Source of the DNA: Octopus sinensis
Taxonomy: Eukaryota
DNA length: 64,000 nucleotides
Direction: 5' to 3'
Assembly (NCBI RefSeq): GCF_006345805.1
Contig: NC_043008.1
Location: 65,968,001 to 66,032,000, forward strand
The notes under the pieces were generated by a model. That model did not search any database, was not told the origin of the DNA, and was given only the letters and a program-made list of their open reading frames with translations. A program made the position numbers and the translations under genes. Positions within the stretch are counted from its first letter, which is position 1; every line of letters starts with the position of its first letter. Positions 40,101-51,230 of this stretch are shown in pieces.

Positions 40101-40643
40101 TCACTCTGTCACTATTTACTTTCATTTTATTCGTTGCACAATGTGTGTGTGCGTGTGGTGTAAACCACATTAAGAAAAGCATTTGACATACACACCAGAA
40201 TGTGAGTTTTCTGTAAATTTTGCTTAATTGGAGTTTAAATTTTAAAAACTGGACCTGATATGACCCGATGCATTCTACTTTTAAAAATGCTAGGTAAATT
40301 GTAATTGAAGAAATCCTATATTGTAGATTTCTATAAGTTACAAAGGGAGGCAGATAAAATCTGCCTTTTATAATAAGAGATAAATAAATAAATGCACCCT
40401 TTTAAAGCCTAGCCAGGCTCATGGGCCCAGTTTCCCGATTTCTATCGCATGTGTGTCCCCCAGCTGGATGAGGTGCCAGTCCATCGCAGCGTTACTCATT
40501 TTTGCCAGCTGAGTGGACTGGAGCAACATGAAATGAAGTGTTTTGCTCAAGAACACAAGGCATCGGCCAGTCCAGGAATTGAAACCACAATCTTACAATC
40601 ATAATGCTAACACCCTAACCACTAAGCCACACGCCCCCACATT

Positions 40644-40678
<35 letters not shown>

Positions 40679-43600
40679 ATGAGGACAGCTGTGTAAAGAA
40701 GTGCTGATCTCTAACTGTGGAGGGAACCTGTGGTAGAGGTGGATCCAGGAAGACAAGGGATGATGTGGTGAAGTATGATCTTCAGACTTTGGGCCTCACA
40801 GAGGCAATGACTAGTGACAAAGAGCCTTTGGTAATGTGCTGTGCTTGAGAAGACCCATCAAGCCAAGTGAGATCATAGTCATGGCTGATGCTGGTGTCAT
40901 GTAACTGGCACCTGTGCTGGTGGTACAAAAAAAGCACCTTTCAAGCATTGGGCTTCATGGAGGCAAAGTGGCTAATGCTGGTGGCATGTGAAAAGCTTCT
41001 TTCAATGGCGGCAATGACGAATGACCAAAACCTTTGGCATTATGTCGTACTTGAGTAAACCCATCAAGCCAGTCATGGCAGATGCTGGTGTCACACAAAT
41101 GGCACCCATGCTAGTGGCATGTAAAAGCAACCATTACACTCTCAGAGTGGTTGACATTAGGAAGGACATCCAGCCATAGAAACCACACCAAATCAGGTGA
41201 GCTGGCAGAAATGTTAGCATGCCGGGCGAAATGCTTAGCAGTATTTCGTCTGCCACTACGTTCTGAGTTCAAATTCCGCCAAGGTCAATGGAGATGTTGA
41301 GGCTCAAATCCAAGGCCTTCCACACACAAAAGACCTTGGGTTCAATCCCGTGCATCTCCAATCAAAGTGAATTTTACTTTGGCTTTTTCAAAAGTGAGTG
41401 AGTAAGTGAGTGAGTGTGTGTGTATGTGTGTGTGCATGTGTTTGTATGTTCGTATGTATGAATGTATGTATTTACGCATGCATGTAGTCATTCATACATT
41501 CTCTTTTCTTCCTTGGAAAATGAAACATCAGAATGCAAGACCTGCTGCCCATCCTGCTGCCCCACAGTTCAAAGATTTGAGCAAAGTCAACTCCAACATC
41601 AGAACCAACTTTGTGCATGTATGAAGGTATGCTGGCCAAATATCATTCCTCCAGATGAAAACCTTACCTGCTATTGTGGTTTCATGACACAGAACAAAGC
41701 AAGCCTTGCCATCCACTCAGTGTAGTAAATGATCCACAAGCACTCAAGCAAACTGAGTCTTCAACTTATTCCATTTGCCAAAAGTTTTGCAAGGCACCGG
41801 CAGACCTCAAGAGACACCTCATCTGTTGTTCACAATGAGAGAATCCATCATATATGTATATTTACCTATTTCTTTATTGCTCACAAGGGGCTACACACAG
41901 AGGAGACAAACAAGGACAGACAAAAGGATTAAGTCGATTACATCAACCCCAGTGCATGACTGGTACTTAATTTATCAACCCCGAAAGGATGAAAGGCAAA
42001 GTCGACCTCGGTGGAATTTGAACTCAGAACATAACAGCAGACGAAATACCGCTAAGCATTTCACCCGGCTTGCTAATGATTCTGCCAGCTCACCGCCTTT
42101 CCATCGTATATGTATATTTACCTTCACCATCATCATCATTACTGTTTCAATGTCCACTTTTCCATACTTGCATGGGTCAGGCAAAATTCATTAAGACAGA
42201 TTCTCTATAGCCAGACAGATGTCCTTCGTTGTTTCTATGCAATTCAATATTTCCCAATGACCAGACATGTTTTATGAAGGAGACCACCTCTAAGAGCCTG
42301 ACAACTATTATGCTATGTCAAAATGAGGAAGCACAAACATACTCACACACATGCATGTATGTGTGTGTGTGTGTGTGCGCGATGAGTTTCTGCACAGTTT
42401 CCATCTACAAAATTCTTTTTTAATGACAGAAACAGCATTCGTTCAAGATAGTATTCTGTATATATAAGTTAACATGGATGTACAGAAGTAAATGCACATG
42501 GCTCAGTGGTTAGAGCATCGAGCTTATGATCGTGAGGTTGTGAGTTCGATTCCCGGACCATGCTGCGTGTTGTGTTCTTGAGCAAGACACTTTATTTCAC
42601 GTTGCTCCAGTTAACTCAGCTGCAGAAATGAGTTGCAACATCACGGGTACCAAGCTGTATCGGCCTTCGCCTTTCCCTCGGATAACATTAGTGGTGTGGA
42701 GAAGGGAGGCCAGTATGCATGAGCGACTGCTGGCCTTCCACAAACAACCTTGCCCGGACTTGTACCTTAGAGGGTGACTTTCTAGGTGCAATCCCATGGT
42801 CATTCATGACCAAAGGGGGTCTCCCCATGGATATACATCAACCTTAATATATACAGAATAACATTTTGAACAGTTGGCCAGTATGCCGTATTCCAATGAT
42901 AAACAAGTAAAAGAAAAACATAAAAGTTCATTAAACTAGTTCATATCCAATATGTTGTGTGTGTAATCCACCAATCATTGGTGGATTACATATTTTGAAC
43001 TAATCCTGCTTGTGTCACTTATAAGAGATTAATAGTAAATTGAATGTAATTGATTTTGAGATGACTATTAAGTAAGCAAATAAATAAAACTCACCGAGAA
43101 TTTCATCTTTTTCTTTGTAACCACTTCTTCCTCATCTGAATCCTGAAATTATCAAAATAATAACACTTAATAACAGCAATAATAATAATTTTAAAATTTT
43201 GGTACTAGGCTAGCAGTCTTTTAAGGGAAGTGGTTAAGTCAATTAAAACAACTCCAATGCTTGACCGGTACTTATTTTACTGATCCACAAAAAGAGAAAA
43301 GGCAAAAGTGAACTCAGTAGATTTGAACTTAGAATGTAAAAAAACAGAAGAAATTCTGCTAAACACTTTGTTTTCACATTAATGATTCTGTCAGTTCAAT
43401 AATTTTGGCACAAGGCCAGCAATTTTAGGGGGTGGGTATTAAGTTAGTCAATTACATTGAACCCCAGTATTTGAGTTGTACTTTGTTTTATTGACCCCCA
43501 TGAAGATGAAAAAGAAATTTGAGTTTAACAGGATTTGAACTCAGATCATAAAGGGCCAGCAAAAATACAGCTAAGTATTTTGTCTGACATGCTAACAATT

Positions 43601-46600
43601 CTGCCAGCTCAGTGCCTTAAAATAATCCTTCATAGCAGTTTCTTAATGGAGAAGGCAGAAATGGTTACATCAACCTTCAGTACTGGACTGGTAATTATTT
43701 TATCAACTCCATAGTATTACAAATGGTATAACTGCCAGCAATGATATCAAATGAATTCATGCTTACAACAATGTTATTATAGGTGGCAAAGCTATTGAAA
43801 AGCATGGCTTGAACTTGGTTCAATTTATTTCAGTTAATGACAGACTCAATATTATTCAATACCTAACAATACTAAAACAACCACAATGACTACTAGACTT
43901 TTTTTAATTACTACTCTAAATGGGTGTTCTCTTCCTTGAAACTAATTCATCAGCTAAATACTCTATTTGTTTCATATTCAAACTGACCAAATACAGTCTC
44001 TCACAGTTACCCTCCAATGTCATACTAAAAGTAAACAATTTCATTATCAAAACCTCAAAGCGTATGAGACAATTCTTGATTAATTCAAAACAATGGGATT
44101 AAATAAGCACTACATTCGACAGGATAATCTGAATGCTAAAGGGTTAACATAATGAAGACAGGCACCAATGCTTGAACAGTTGTTGTGTATCGGAATAATG
44201 TGGCCATTAGATATATGTGTTGTGATCAGATGTGGCATGTGAAACGGTTAAAACAACATGGTTCATAGGTACATAGAGTTGTCTGTTCTTACACTATGCT
44301 GTAATTCTCTACAGACTGAAACAATTAAGGTACCAACAATAGAGTTTAACCCCTTTGATGCCACCCTGCATGAAATTGCCCTTGGTTCCTGGTTTAAAAT
44401 GATTTAAATTAAACCATTCCATCAAAATTTTCTATGTTTTGTTCCAAACACCAGATTACTAATGACAAAGTTATTTTACTAAATTTTTCATTATTTTCAA
44501 AAATTAACTTAAAAACAAAGGCAGAGTATTTCAACAGAAATATGGAAACAAGAGGACCAATCCTTTGATGCCAACCTACCTGAGGCTGCCCATGGTCCTT
44601 TGACACAAACTTCCTGTCTTGAAGTGATCTAAATTGAAACCTTCCATCAAAATTTCCCATGTTCATTTATGTTCCAAACACCATGACAGTAGTTCATCAT
44701 CATCATCATCCTCATCATCGTTTAATGTCCGTTTCCCATGCTAGTATGTGTTGGACGGTTCGACAGGGGTCTGAGAGGCCAGGAGGCTGCACCAGGCTCC
44801 AGTCTGACCTGGCAGTGTTTCTACAGCTGGATGCCCTTCCTAACACCAACCACCCCGTGAGTGTAGTGGGTGCTTTTTACGAGCCACCAGCACAGGGGCC
44901 AGGGGAGGCTGGCAAACGGTCATGATCGGTTGGTGCTTTTACGTGTCACCGACACAGACGCTGTCAAGCGGCACTGGCATTTGCCACGTTCGGATGGTGC
45001 TTTTTACATGCCACCGGCATGGATATCAGAACTACAATTTCCATTTGATTTTTATTTTGAAGTTGGTGTTGACGTACTTGACTCAAGTACTGAATTCTTA
45101 TTTGAAACAAAGGTAGAATATTTCAACAGAAATATTGTAATAAAACAGTTAAGTGAACCAACTGCCACTCATGAATGAGTATTGGTTGATAGCATGAACC
45201 ATGACTTGTACTTGTTTTAGGCACCTATATAGTTGCATGCAGATGCAGATACAATTCTTGACTCTTCTGTCATTTGATCAAGTAACATAGCCAGGATGTG
45301 GCAGTTAGAGGGGGAGAGAGAGTGTGGGGGTTATAGTAAGGAGTAAAAAAAGTTTTTAAAAACTCTGAACTCACTGAATCCAATGCCGGAATAGTGATTT
45401 TCACATGAGAACCTTTTAACAATGGTAAAGGTTTTGGTAAAGATGTTATCTGTGAAGATTTTGGTTTGACAATATCTTCCAGATCTCCTTCAGATATTTC
45501 ATCATTCACTGTTTGTTTCTCCTGTGGCTTTGGTAGAACTGTCAAATGGAAATAAAGAAATATTAAAGTCACATGACTTCATCATGATTCAAATATAATT
45601 TAGTTTTTTTCTTTTTCTTTTAGTTTCTTTTTTTAGTTTTTGGTTTTTAATTTTTTAGCTCCGGTAAAGGAGCAGTCCCTATTACCAATTACAGGGCCCC
45701 AAAACAAGAGAAAAAGTAGGCAGGAAGAAGGTACACCCAAACTGGAGACCCCCAGCCCAAATAGTGTTTTTCTTTTATATTTGCTGAGTCAGGAGGAAGG
45801 AGCAAAGCTCATGATCCATGCAGTCCTTCAAAGACCTGTGACGTTCATATTGTTAATATTCTACTTAAAGTGCTGAAAGGAATATGTGGACAGGGAACAG
45901 CTTCCAGAAGGCAAATGTTCTGGAGATGAAGGATTGGATAGAGTGATTGGTAGATAAACCAAGGCTACCAAAAGGTGGAGAGATGAGTGGAAAGGGTTGC
46001 CTGTGAGGTAGAAGTACAAGACCAGCCAGCCCCAAAGAGCAGAGGCCATTATAGTAGGGATATGAAAGACAGAGAGAAGAGACAACAAACTTGTCGGCCA
46101 GAATACTGCTGAAGGTACTGAAGCGTCAGGAAGTGGGGAGGAGAGTGTTATGCCCACCCCCAATAAGGCAGGATTTGAACACAGAATGCAAAGAACCGGA
46201 ACAAATACCACATGGCAATCAGTCCAATCCTCAAATGACTCCTCCCAGTCCACCAGATTAGTAATTTATTTATCGACCTTGAAAAGATAAGAAAAGTAGA
46301 AGCTAACCAATGTAGGGAGTGAATTCAGAAAATATGCTCAAAGCTTTTTGTCTGACAGAGCCGCTACATGGTTACCTGTCCTCTAAGGAATATCAGCCAA
46401 CATGTTGAGTAGAGAAACAAATCATCATCATTATCATCATCATCGCTTTAATGTTCGGTCTCCATGCTGGTATGGGCTGGATGGTTTGACATAGAGCTGG
46501 TTAGCAGAGAGCTGTCCAGACTCCAACTGTCTGTTGTGGCATGGTTTCTAAGGCTGGATGCCCTTCCTAGTGCCAACCACTTAACAGAGTGTTCTGGGTG

Positions 46601-49083
46601 CTTTTTAAATATCACCATGTGAATAATAAAGGTCTAAATTAGATAAGCAGACTTCTTGTAACAATGAAAACCACTACTTCTGTAGTTTCTGTATTCCTGA
46701 GAGCAAAGGCGGCGAGCTGGCAGAAACGTTAGCACGCCAGGCGAAATGCGTAGCCGTATTTCGTCTGCCGTTACATTCTGAGTTCAAATTCCGCCGAGGT
46801 TGACTTTGCCTTTCATCCTTTCTGGGTCGATAAATAAAGTACCAGTTTCGCACTGGGGTCTATGTAATCGACTTAATCCCTTTGTCTGTCCTTGTTTGCC
46901 CCCTCTATGTTTAGCCCTTTGTGGGTAGTAAAGAAATGTGTATTCCTGAGAGCATGCAGCAGGTACAGAATAGATAAGAGCAGTTGCAATTCTCAGGCCA
47001 TCCTGTGCAGTTACATCTTCTGTTTTTGTAACACTTTGATTAGTGCTTATCTGTGTCTAAGAAGTGGTTGTACTCAGGTATGAGTTAACTTCCATCAACA
47101 TCGACACTGCATCCCCAACAACACTTACAATAACATGAACCAATGTTGGAACCTTCACATGGTTGATCAACATGCTAGAAATAGCAACCAAACCTCCTTT
47201 ACATCACACTCTACCATCTTGAACAAAAATCCTAGATGCACTGAACCTGAATATAAGACGTAGTTGTCATTGCTGGAATACGTTTGATGAGAGATCTATG
47301 AAATGAGGATGATCTGAAGTTAATAACAAATGTAGACAAATTTGCTACTCTTAATTGGGCGTTAATTATGCATTTTGTCCAACATCCCCCTAACTACCAT
47401 TTCAGCACATTCTCTCCAATATTTCCCCTTCACCCCTTATGTCCACGTTCATCGAAGGGGAACAACTTTTACTGAGAGAATAGCAACCAATTTTTTAACA
47501 AAATTGTTTTCTTTATTTATAGGAAGCAAAATGTAAAGAATATCGAAGGATCCACCGTTCAATGATTCATGGCTAAGTGACTGGGGAATGCACTGATGTA
47601 GAGGAAATTCCATTCTAATAATATTGTTAGTATACGTCCCGGTATATTAAATATGGAAAAAAATAGATAGGTTTTGAGAAGTGGGGATAAGGATAAAGAA
47701 CTTTTAAACAGTCCATCGAAGTTGTTCACCTTACATTTATTCTAAGGAGGTGGGGGCAGAATCAGTTCCTTAGACGGATCAGCTCTCCAAAAAAGAAACG
47801 AAAACGATGGCAGAGTTTTGAAATACAGCCAACGTCGTTATTTCTCGGGGAAAGAGGAAAGAATGAATATGGCACGGGATTACGAGAGGAGTAAAAATGC
47901 AAAGAAAAGTAACAATTTATTAGGTGGGGGGATTCTTTCACAACTGTAATTCCCGTTGTATGAAACACAGGAATAAATAAAATAGAATTAAACAACAATA
48001 TTCTGTTCTATATTCTGTTTTTCCTTCCCCATGAGTAAGAGATAAGATATACCAAAACTTTGCCAACACAATTCAACAACACACTTTACGTGGTTTCAAA
48101 TTACCACTACTTCAGTTCTTTTATGACCTTCTAAGACAATCATATTTTTTTAATGGAGAGTATATGCGTAAAAGAAAATCATAATTATTACCTTAATGAG
48201 ATTAAGTAACTGAAATAAACTGTCATAGGGCGGGTAGTATTTAGTTTCGCCTGACTATATCACAAGTTCAAATCCAACCGAAGTCACTTATAACTCTTCC
48301 ATATCTTCTGAAGACGACGAAATATGTGTCGGTTGTTGTTATTGTTGTTGTGGGTGTTTAGCCTCGAGTTCAGCTTTAATTAAGCAAACTTATGATCAAA
48401 GACATTTTAGAATATGGCTTCAATATCTATGTATTCGTAACGAGTTGAATTTCAAGGACTGAGCCAGAATATTTTATAATACTCATATGTATGAAAAATA
48501 TATTATTGTCGTTGTTATTGTCCCCTGTCAGCGCTTTTAATTTAGCTTTGCACCTGAAGATCAGCCCTGATTTCACAAACATATTGTCATTAGCGTGCAA
48601 ACTAGGTCTACCCCATATTTTTGTTTGCTTTCTTTTCGTTTTAAATATTCTGTATTTAAGACCACATTGTCCGATGTGTTATTTATTATTTATTATTTAT
48701 AAAACAACAGAGTACGATTTAAGAAATATTTTTCTGCTATTTCAAACAAATTAAATTTCTCCATAAAAGTTCTCCCTCTTTTTCAAACAATGAGCGTTGC
48801 ATTTAAACAAAAAACAGATACATATTACATAATGCATATTACCTTTAAACAAATTATTTCCACGTAGGTCGTCTTCTTCCTCGCCAACAGAAACATTGTC
48901 CGATTTGGTGCCGTTAATTACTGCTTTTTGCTGTTCTTCTACACCATTCTGAGGTTTAGATTCAATTTTAGATACACCACTGGCAGCATTGGTTGTCCTT
49001 CGTCCACCTGATGGGGGCAGATGGTTATCTTCTTCATCACTGCTGCCGCTACTATCACTGGAACCATAACCTACCAAAGACAT
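28485..49083 (-). CDS. PRCC: Proline-rich protein PRCC orthologue, 7 coding exons: join(49083-48843, 45538-45375, 43142-43095, 38282-37833, 35521-35420, 33211-33011, 28571-28485), 1293 nt, 430 aa
   Basis: The exons join in frame through GT-AG introns. N-terminus MSLVGYGSSDS, middle LLDILPPPRHISVKQSNRTFIPYTL, and C-terminus FQRLQGKNQRGKE...KHQITYLAYQAKERELELKNQWSQNKMTKRQTQAKYGF* match the PRCC family as I recall it. Confidence 0.95.
28950..29272 (-). mobile_element. SINE group D
   Basis: Reverse complement of 9688-10006. Confidence 0.8.
29396..29617. mobile_element. Intact 222-bp TTAA-specific (piggyBac-type) MITE
   Basis: TTAA on both sides; TIRs ccctttcgttac / gtagcgaaaggg. Confidence 0.85.
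30715..31058 (+). mobile_element. GC-rich retroposon 3' end with (GAT)n tail, family not assigned
   Basis: Abrupt GC-rich block between (TA)n tracts, ending ggatgatgatgat. Confidence 0.5.
31872..32265 (+). mobile_element. SINE group A, young copy
   Basis: Near identical to 1130-1565, CpGs retained. Confidence 0.92.
32579..32845 (-). mobile_element. RTE-type 3' tail fragment with (GAT)n end
   Basis: Family motif gtggttggcgttaggaagggcatccagc...cccatgctagcatgg...gttaaacgatgatg. Other copies lie at about 25840-25975, 29870-30046, 30585-30700, 36400-36770, 44693-45025 and 46425-46610. Linked to RTE coding sequence at 40677-41195. Confidence 0.8.
33011..33211 (-). CDS. PRCC: PRCC coding exon 6 (201 nt)
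   Basis: Acceptor TTCTTCTTTTGTAG; FQRLQGKNQRGKEQ...KHQITYLAYQ; donor CAG|GTAAGT. Confidence 0.95.
33275..34317 (-). mobile_element. Internally deleted hAT transposon in PRCC intron 5
   Basis: TIRs cagtggtacagctag / ctagttacactactg; 8-bp TSD gttataac / gttatggc. Minus strand at about 33950-34042 encodes LTLLSSEREETDETDFEDIIAQFASSKARK, a hAT C-terminal motif. Confidence 0.75.
33603..33934. mobile_element. Near-perfect palindromic fold-back element with TSD, nested in the hAT
   Basis: Arms of about 138 bp (33660-33937) with almost no loop; left-only 57-nt extension; TSD aattgtttaaa at 33592-33602 and 33935-33945. Confidence 0.85.
34765..35240. mobile_element. Tail-to-tail pair of RTE-type 3' fragments
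   Basis: Plus copy at about 34765-35010 and minus copy at about 35024-35240. Confidence 0.8.
35420..35521 (-). CDS. PRCC: PRCC coding exon 5 (102 nt)
   Basis: Acceptor TTTGTCTTGCAG; ELVQPEQDSLVTPDDDTELGGPSMNIDTLLQDEQ; donor CAG|GTAAGG. Confidence 0.88.
35677..36156 (+). mobile_element. Head-to-head fold-back element: tRNA-like head + (AAT)n + hammerhead + 40-nt tail, 11-bp TSD
   Basis: Arms 35678-35875 and 35878-36116; A box TGGCGTAGTGG (35885-35895); B box GTTCGATACC (35930-35939); TSD gcatgtgtttt at 35666-35676 and 36157-36167. Confidence 0.85.
36028..36071 (+). ncRNA. Decayed minimal hammerhead motif (mirror copy at 35722-35762, minus strand)
   Basis: ACAC-CTGATGA-A-GGCTG-10 nt-CAGCC-AAGACATT-GTGT. 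The expected GAAACGTT is mutated; the mirror copy reads AAAACGT. Confidence 0.55.
36507..36719 (+). repeat. 213-bp segment with (AAC)n tail, copy 1
   Basis: Near-identical inverted copy at 37469-37681. Confidence 0.9.
37469..37681 (-). repeat. 213-bp segment, inverted copy 2, inside a decayed group A SINE (about 37380-37745)
   Basis: The ORF track shows the same peptide MEPFKNLDL...PSCCLT on opposite strands. Confidence 0.9.
37833..38282 (-). CDS. PRCC: PRCC coding exon 4 (450 nt)
   Basis: Acceptor TCTTGTTTTTAAAG; GKSRLLDILPPPR...YYVQPE; donor GAA|GTAAGT. Confidence 0.92.
38757..40380 (-). mobile_element. Non-autonomous Helitron, 1624 bp, in PRCC intron 3
   Basis: Minus strand reads A|TCTCTTATTATAAAA...CCCGAGCAACGCCGGG-CGATACTG-CTAG|T: TC start, subterminal GC hairpin, CTAG end, AT target, no TSD. 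Confidence 0.85.
40383..40640 (-). mobile_element. SINE group D head/core with an alternative tail
   Basis: Group D head, then gatggactggcacctcatccagc...(ATTT)n. Confidence 0.75.
40677..41195 (+). mobile_element. RTE-like LINE C-terminus and 3'UTR
   Basis: MDEDSCVKKC*SLTVEGTCGRGGSRKTRDDVVKYDLQTLGL, followed by a repetitive UTR that runs into the shared tail motif. Confidence 0.8.
41865..42100 (-). mobile_element. SINE group B
   Basis: Reverse complement of 46708-46937. Confidence 0.85.
42490..42825 (+). mobile_element. SINE group D head/core with a third tail type
   Basis: catggctcagtggttagagc...gagttcgattccc...cttgagcaagacactttatttcacgttgctccag, then an unrelated tail. Confidence 0.75.
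43095..43142 (-). CDS. PRCC: PRCC coding exon 3 (48 nt)
   Basis: Acceptor ATAATTTCAG; DSDEEEVVTKKKMKFS; donor TCG|GTGAGT. Not in the ORF track. Confidence 0.88.
44347..45152. mobile_element. Two tandem TTAA-type MITE copies, the second interrupted by an RTE tail fragment
   Basis: ttaacccctttgatgcc start, ...gtaataaaacagttaa end; homologous to 29396-29617. Confidence 0.7.
45375..45538 (-). CDS. PRCC: PRCC coding exon 2 (164 nt)
   Basis: Acceptor TTTCCATTTGACAG; (V)LPKPQEKQ...VKITIPALDS; donor TCA|GTGAGT. Phase-compatible with exons 1 and 3. Confidence 0.9.
46708..46937 (+). mobile_element. SINE group B, full length, with TSD
   Basis: ggcggcgagctggcagaaacgttagc...gtagtaaagaaa, flanked by the direct repeat tgtattcctgagagca. 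Confidence 0.9.
48843..49083 (-). CDS. PRCC: PRCC coding exon 1 (241 nt)
   Basis: ATG at 49083; MSLVGYGSSDSSGSSDEEDN...NNLFK; donor AAG|GTAATA, phase 1. Confidence 0.92.
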
Positions 49084-49200
49084 ATTTGTGTTTAGAATTT
49101 CGATTTCGTAAACAAGCGAATCGCTGGCAAGGACGATAATCCTAGTTTGACAAGCTGCTTATCTCCCTTATGTTTACTCTCCTTCCTCTATTTCCGTCTT
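49084..49200 (-). promoter_or_regulatory. Probable PRCC 5'UTR / proximal promoter
   Basis: Non-repetitive, CpG-retaining sequence immediately upstream of the ATG, bounded by a CT-rich tract from about 49250. Confidence 0.4.
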
Positions 49201-49249
49201 TAACCTAATTCTGACTTGAAAATAGCTTCTTTGCTGTTTCTCTAAGTTA

Positions 49250-50211
49250 TTTGCTCTACCTTTCCTTCCCTCACTCTCTTTCCTTTTTTTCTCTCCTTTT
49301 CTCCTATTCTCCCCTAACTTTCTTTCTCTTTCCTTCCTCTCTCTCTTTCTCTATTTTCATCTCTCTCCAATTCTCTCTTTTTGTCTCTCCCTCATTCCCT
49401 CTCTCTCTCTCTCTCTCCGTCTCTCGAACTCTTTCCTTATCTGCCTGCTCATCTCCTCCTCTCTTTCCTCTTCTCTTTTTCTCTTCCTCTGTCTCCATCT
49501 TTCTGCTTCTCCCTTTTCTTTTCACGCTCCATCTCTCTATCTCTGTCTGCCTGTCTTCCTTACTCTCTTTCTCTCTTATTATTATTACCCTCTCTCATTA
49601 CACTTCCACATATTACTTTAATCTTTTTAACCAAGACAGAAGCCAGTGTTCATCGTTTAGTGTCTCCAAGATGGAGAGGAAAATAGACACGAAGCGAAGA
49701 CTAGGCCTGAGTTTCCTTGCTACAGAGTGAAGTCCTCTGAAGATAACCCAAACTTCTAAGTGATGAAGTTAGTCCGGATCGTATTAAATTTTGTTCTCTC
49801 ATGTACTTTTCTAGTTACAATCCCGGGCTGGCAAAAAGCCTTGTGGGTGAATTTAGTAAATGGAAACTGAAAGAATCCCATCCTATAAAGATATATATTT
49901 ATATACGTGTGTGTGCCCCTACCACCGCTTGAAAACTGGTGTTGGTTTGTTTGCATTCTTGTAACATAGCGTTTCGGTAAAAGAGACCGCTAGAATGAGA
50001 ACTACGCTTTAAAAAAGTACTGGGTCGATTGGTTCGATTGGTTCGACTAAAATGGCCACAGTCTGATGACTAAAACACGTAAAAGATAAAAATGATTTTG
50101 AAACACTTGCCTCTCTCTCTCTCTCTCTCTCTCTTTCTCCCCCCCCCCTCTCTCTCTCTATGTATCCATCTATTTATCTAGCCATCTATTTATCTATCTA
50201 TCTATCAATCA

Positions 50212-50258
<47 letters not shown>

Positions 50259-50370
50259 CATCTATCTATCTATCTATCAATCTATCTACCTATCTACCTA
50301 TCTATGTATCTATCTTATTGTCTATCTACCTATCCATCTATCTGTTTATCTATTTATCTATCTATCCATG

Positions 50371-50447
<77 letters not shown>

Positions 50448-50800
50448 GTCTGTCTATCTATCTATCTATCTGTTTGTCTGTCAGTCTTTCTGTCTGTATA
50501 TGTGTCTTACTGTCTATGTGTCTATCTCTATCCCTTATATCTCTGGTTATCTCCCTCCCTCTCTCTCTCTCTCTCTCTCACTCGCTCGTTCGCTCGCTCG
50601 CCCCTCCTCCTCTCTCCCCTTTCTCTTTCTCACTCTCTCTCTCTCTCACTATCTATCTCTCTATCTCTTCACAAACACAGCCTTCCACTCTCTCATTTCC
50701 TGTATCACCAGTCAGATCACCTCTACCACTGCTCTACAACCATCTCTACAACCATCATCGTCGTTATCATCATCATCATCACTTTTCTCATTGCCATACA
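49250..50800. repeat. CT-rich low-complexity and (ATCT)n tracts with a partial group A SINE (about 49820-50090)
   Basis: Direct reading. Confidence 0.85.
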
Positions 50801-51039
50801 AAGAATATCAAAGACTCTTCTATTGTGATTAGATTTGTTAGAAACACTAGCCGAATTCCTCTTGAACGTCACCCCTCACCACTTTAAAAATAAAAAGGGC
50901 ATGTGTTTGGTAAATGTTATCTTGGTCAAACTGCGTGAAACTAACATAGGAGGGTCATTACTCGAACCCTTTGTTAATGGATCAGCCTGACCAGATCTTA
51001 TCAGAGTTTGAAACAACAGCAATATCAACAACAGCAGTG

Positions 51040-51230
51040 GAGGCGCAATGGCCCAGTGTTTAGGGCAGCGGGCTCGCTGTCGTAAGAACGCTGTTTCGAT
51101 TCCCAGACCGGGCATTGTGAGTGTTTATGGAGCAAAAACACCTAAGCTCCACGAGGCTCGAGGAGTGAGGGGTGGTGAACCCCGCTGTACTCTTTCACCA
51201 CAATTTTCTCTCACTCTTTCTTCCTACTTC
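51040..51230 (+). mobile_element. SINE group C, 5' half
   Basis: Homologous to 4226-4610. Confidence 0.8.

Noticed and set aside
45870-46150. Purine-rich block resembling Penelope coding DNA; 130-aa ORF
   Set aside because: Only compositional similarity; no motif recovered.
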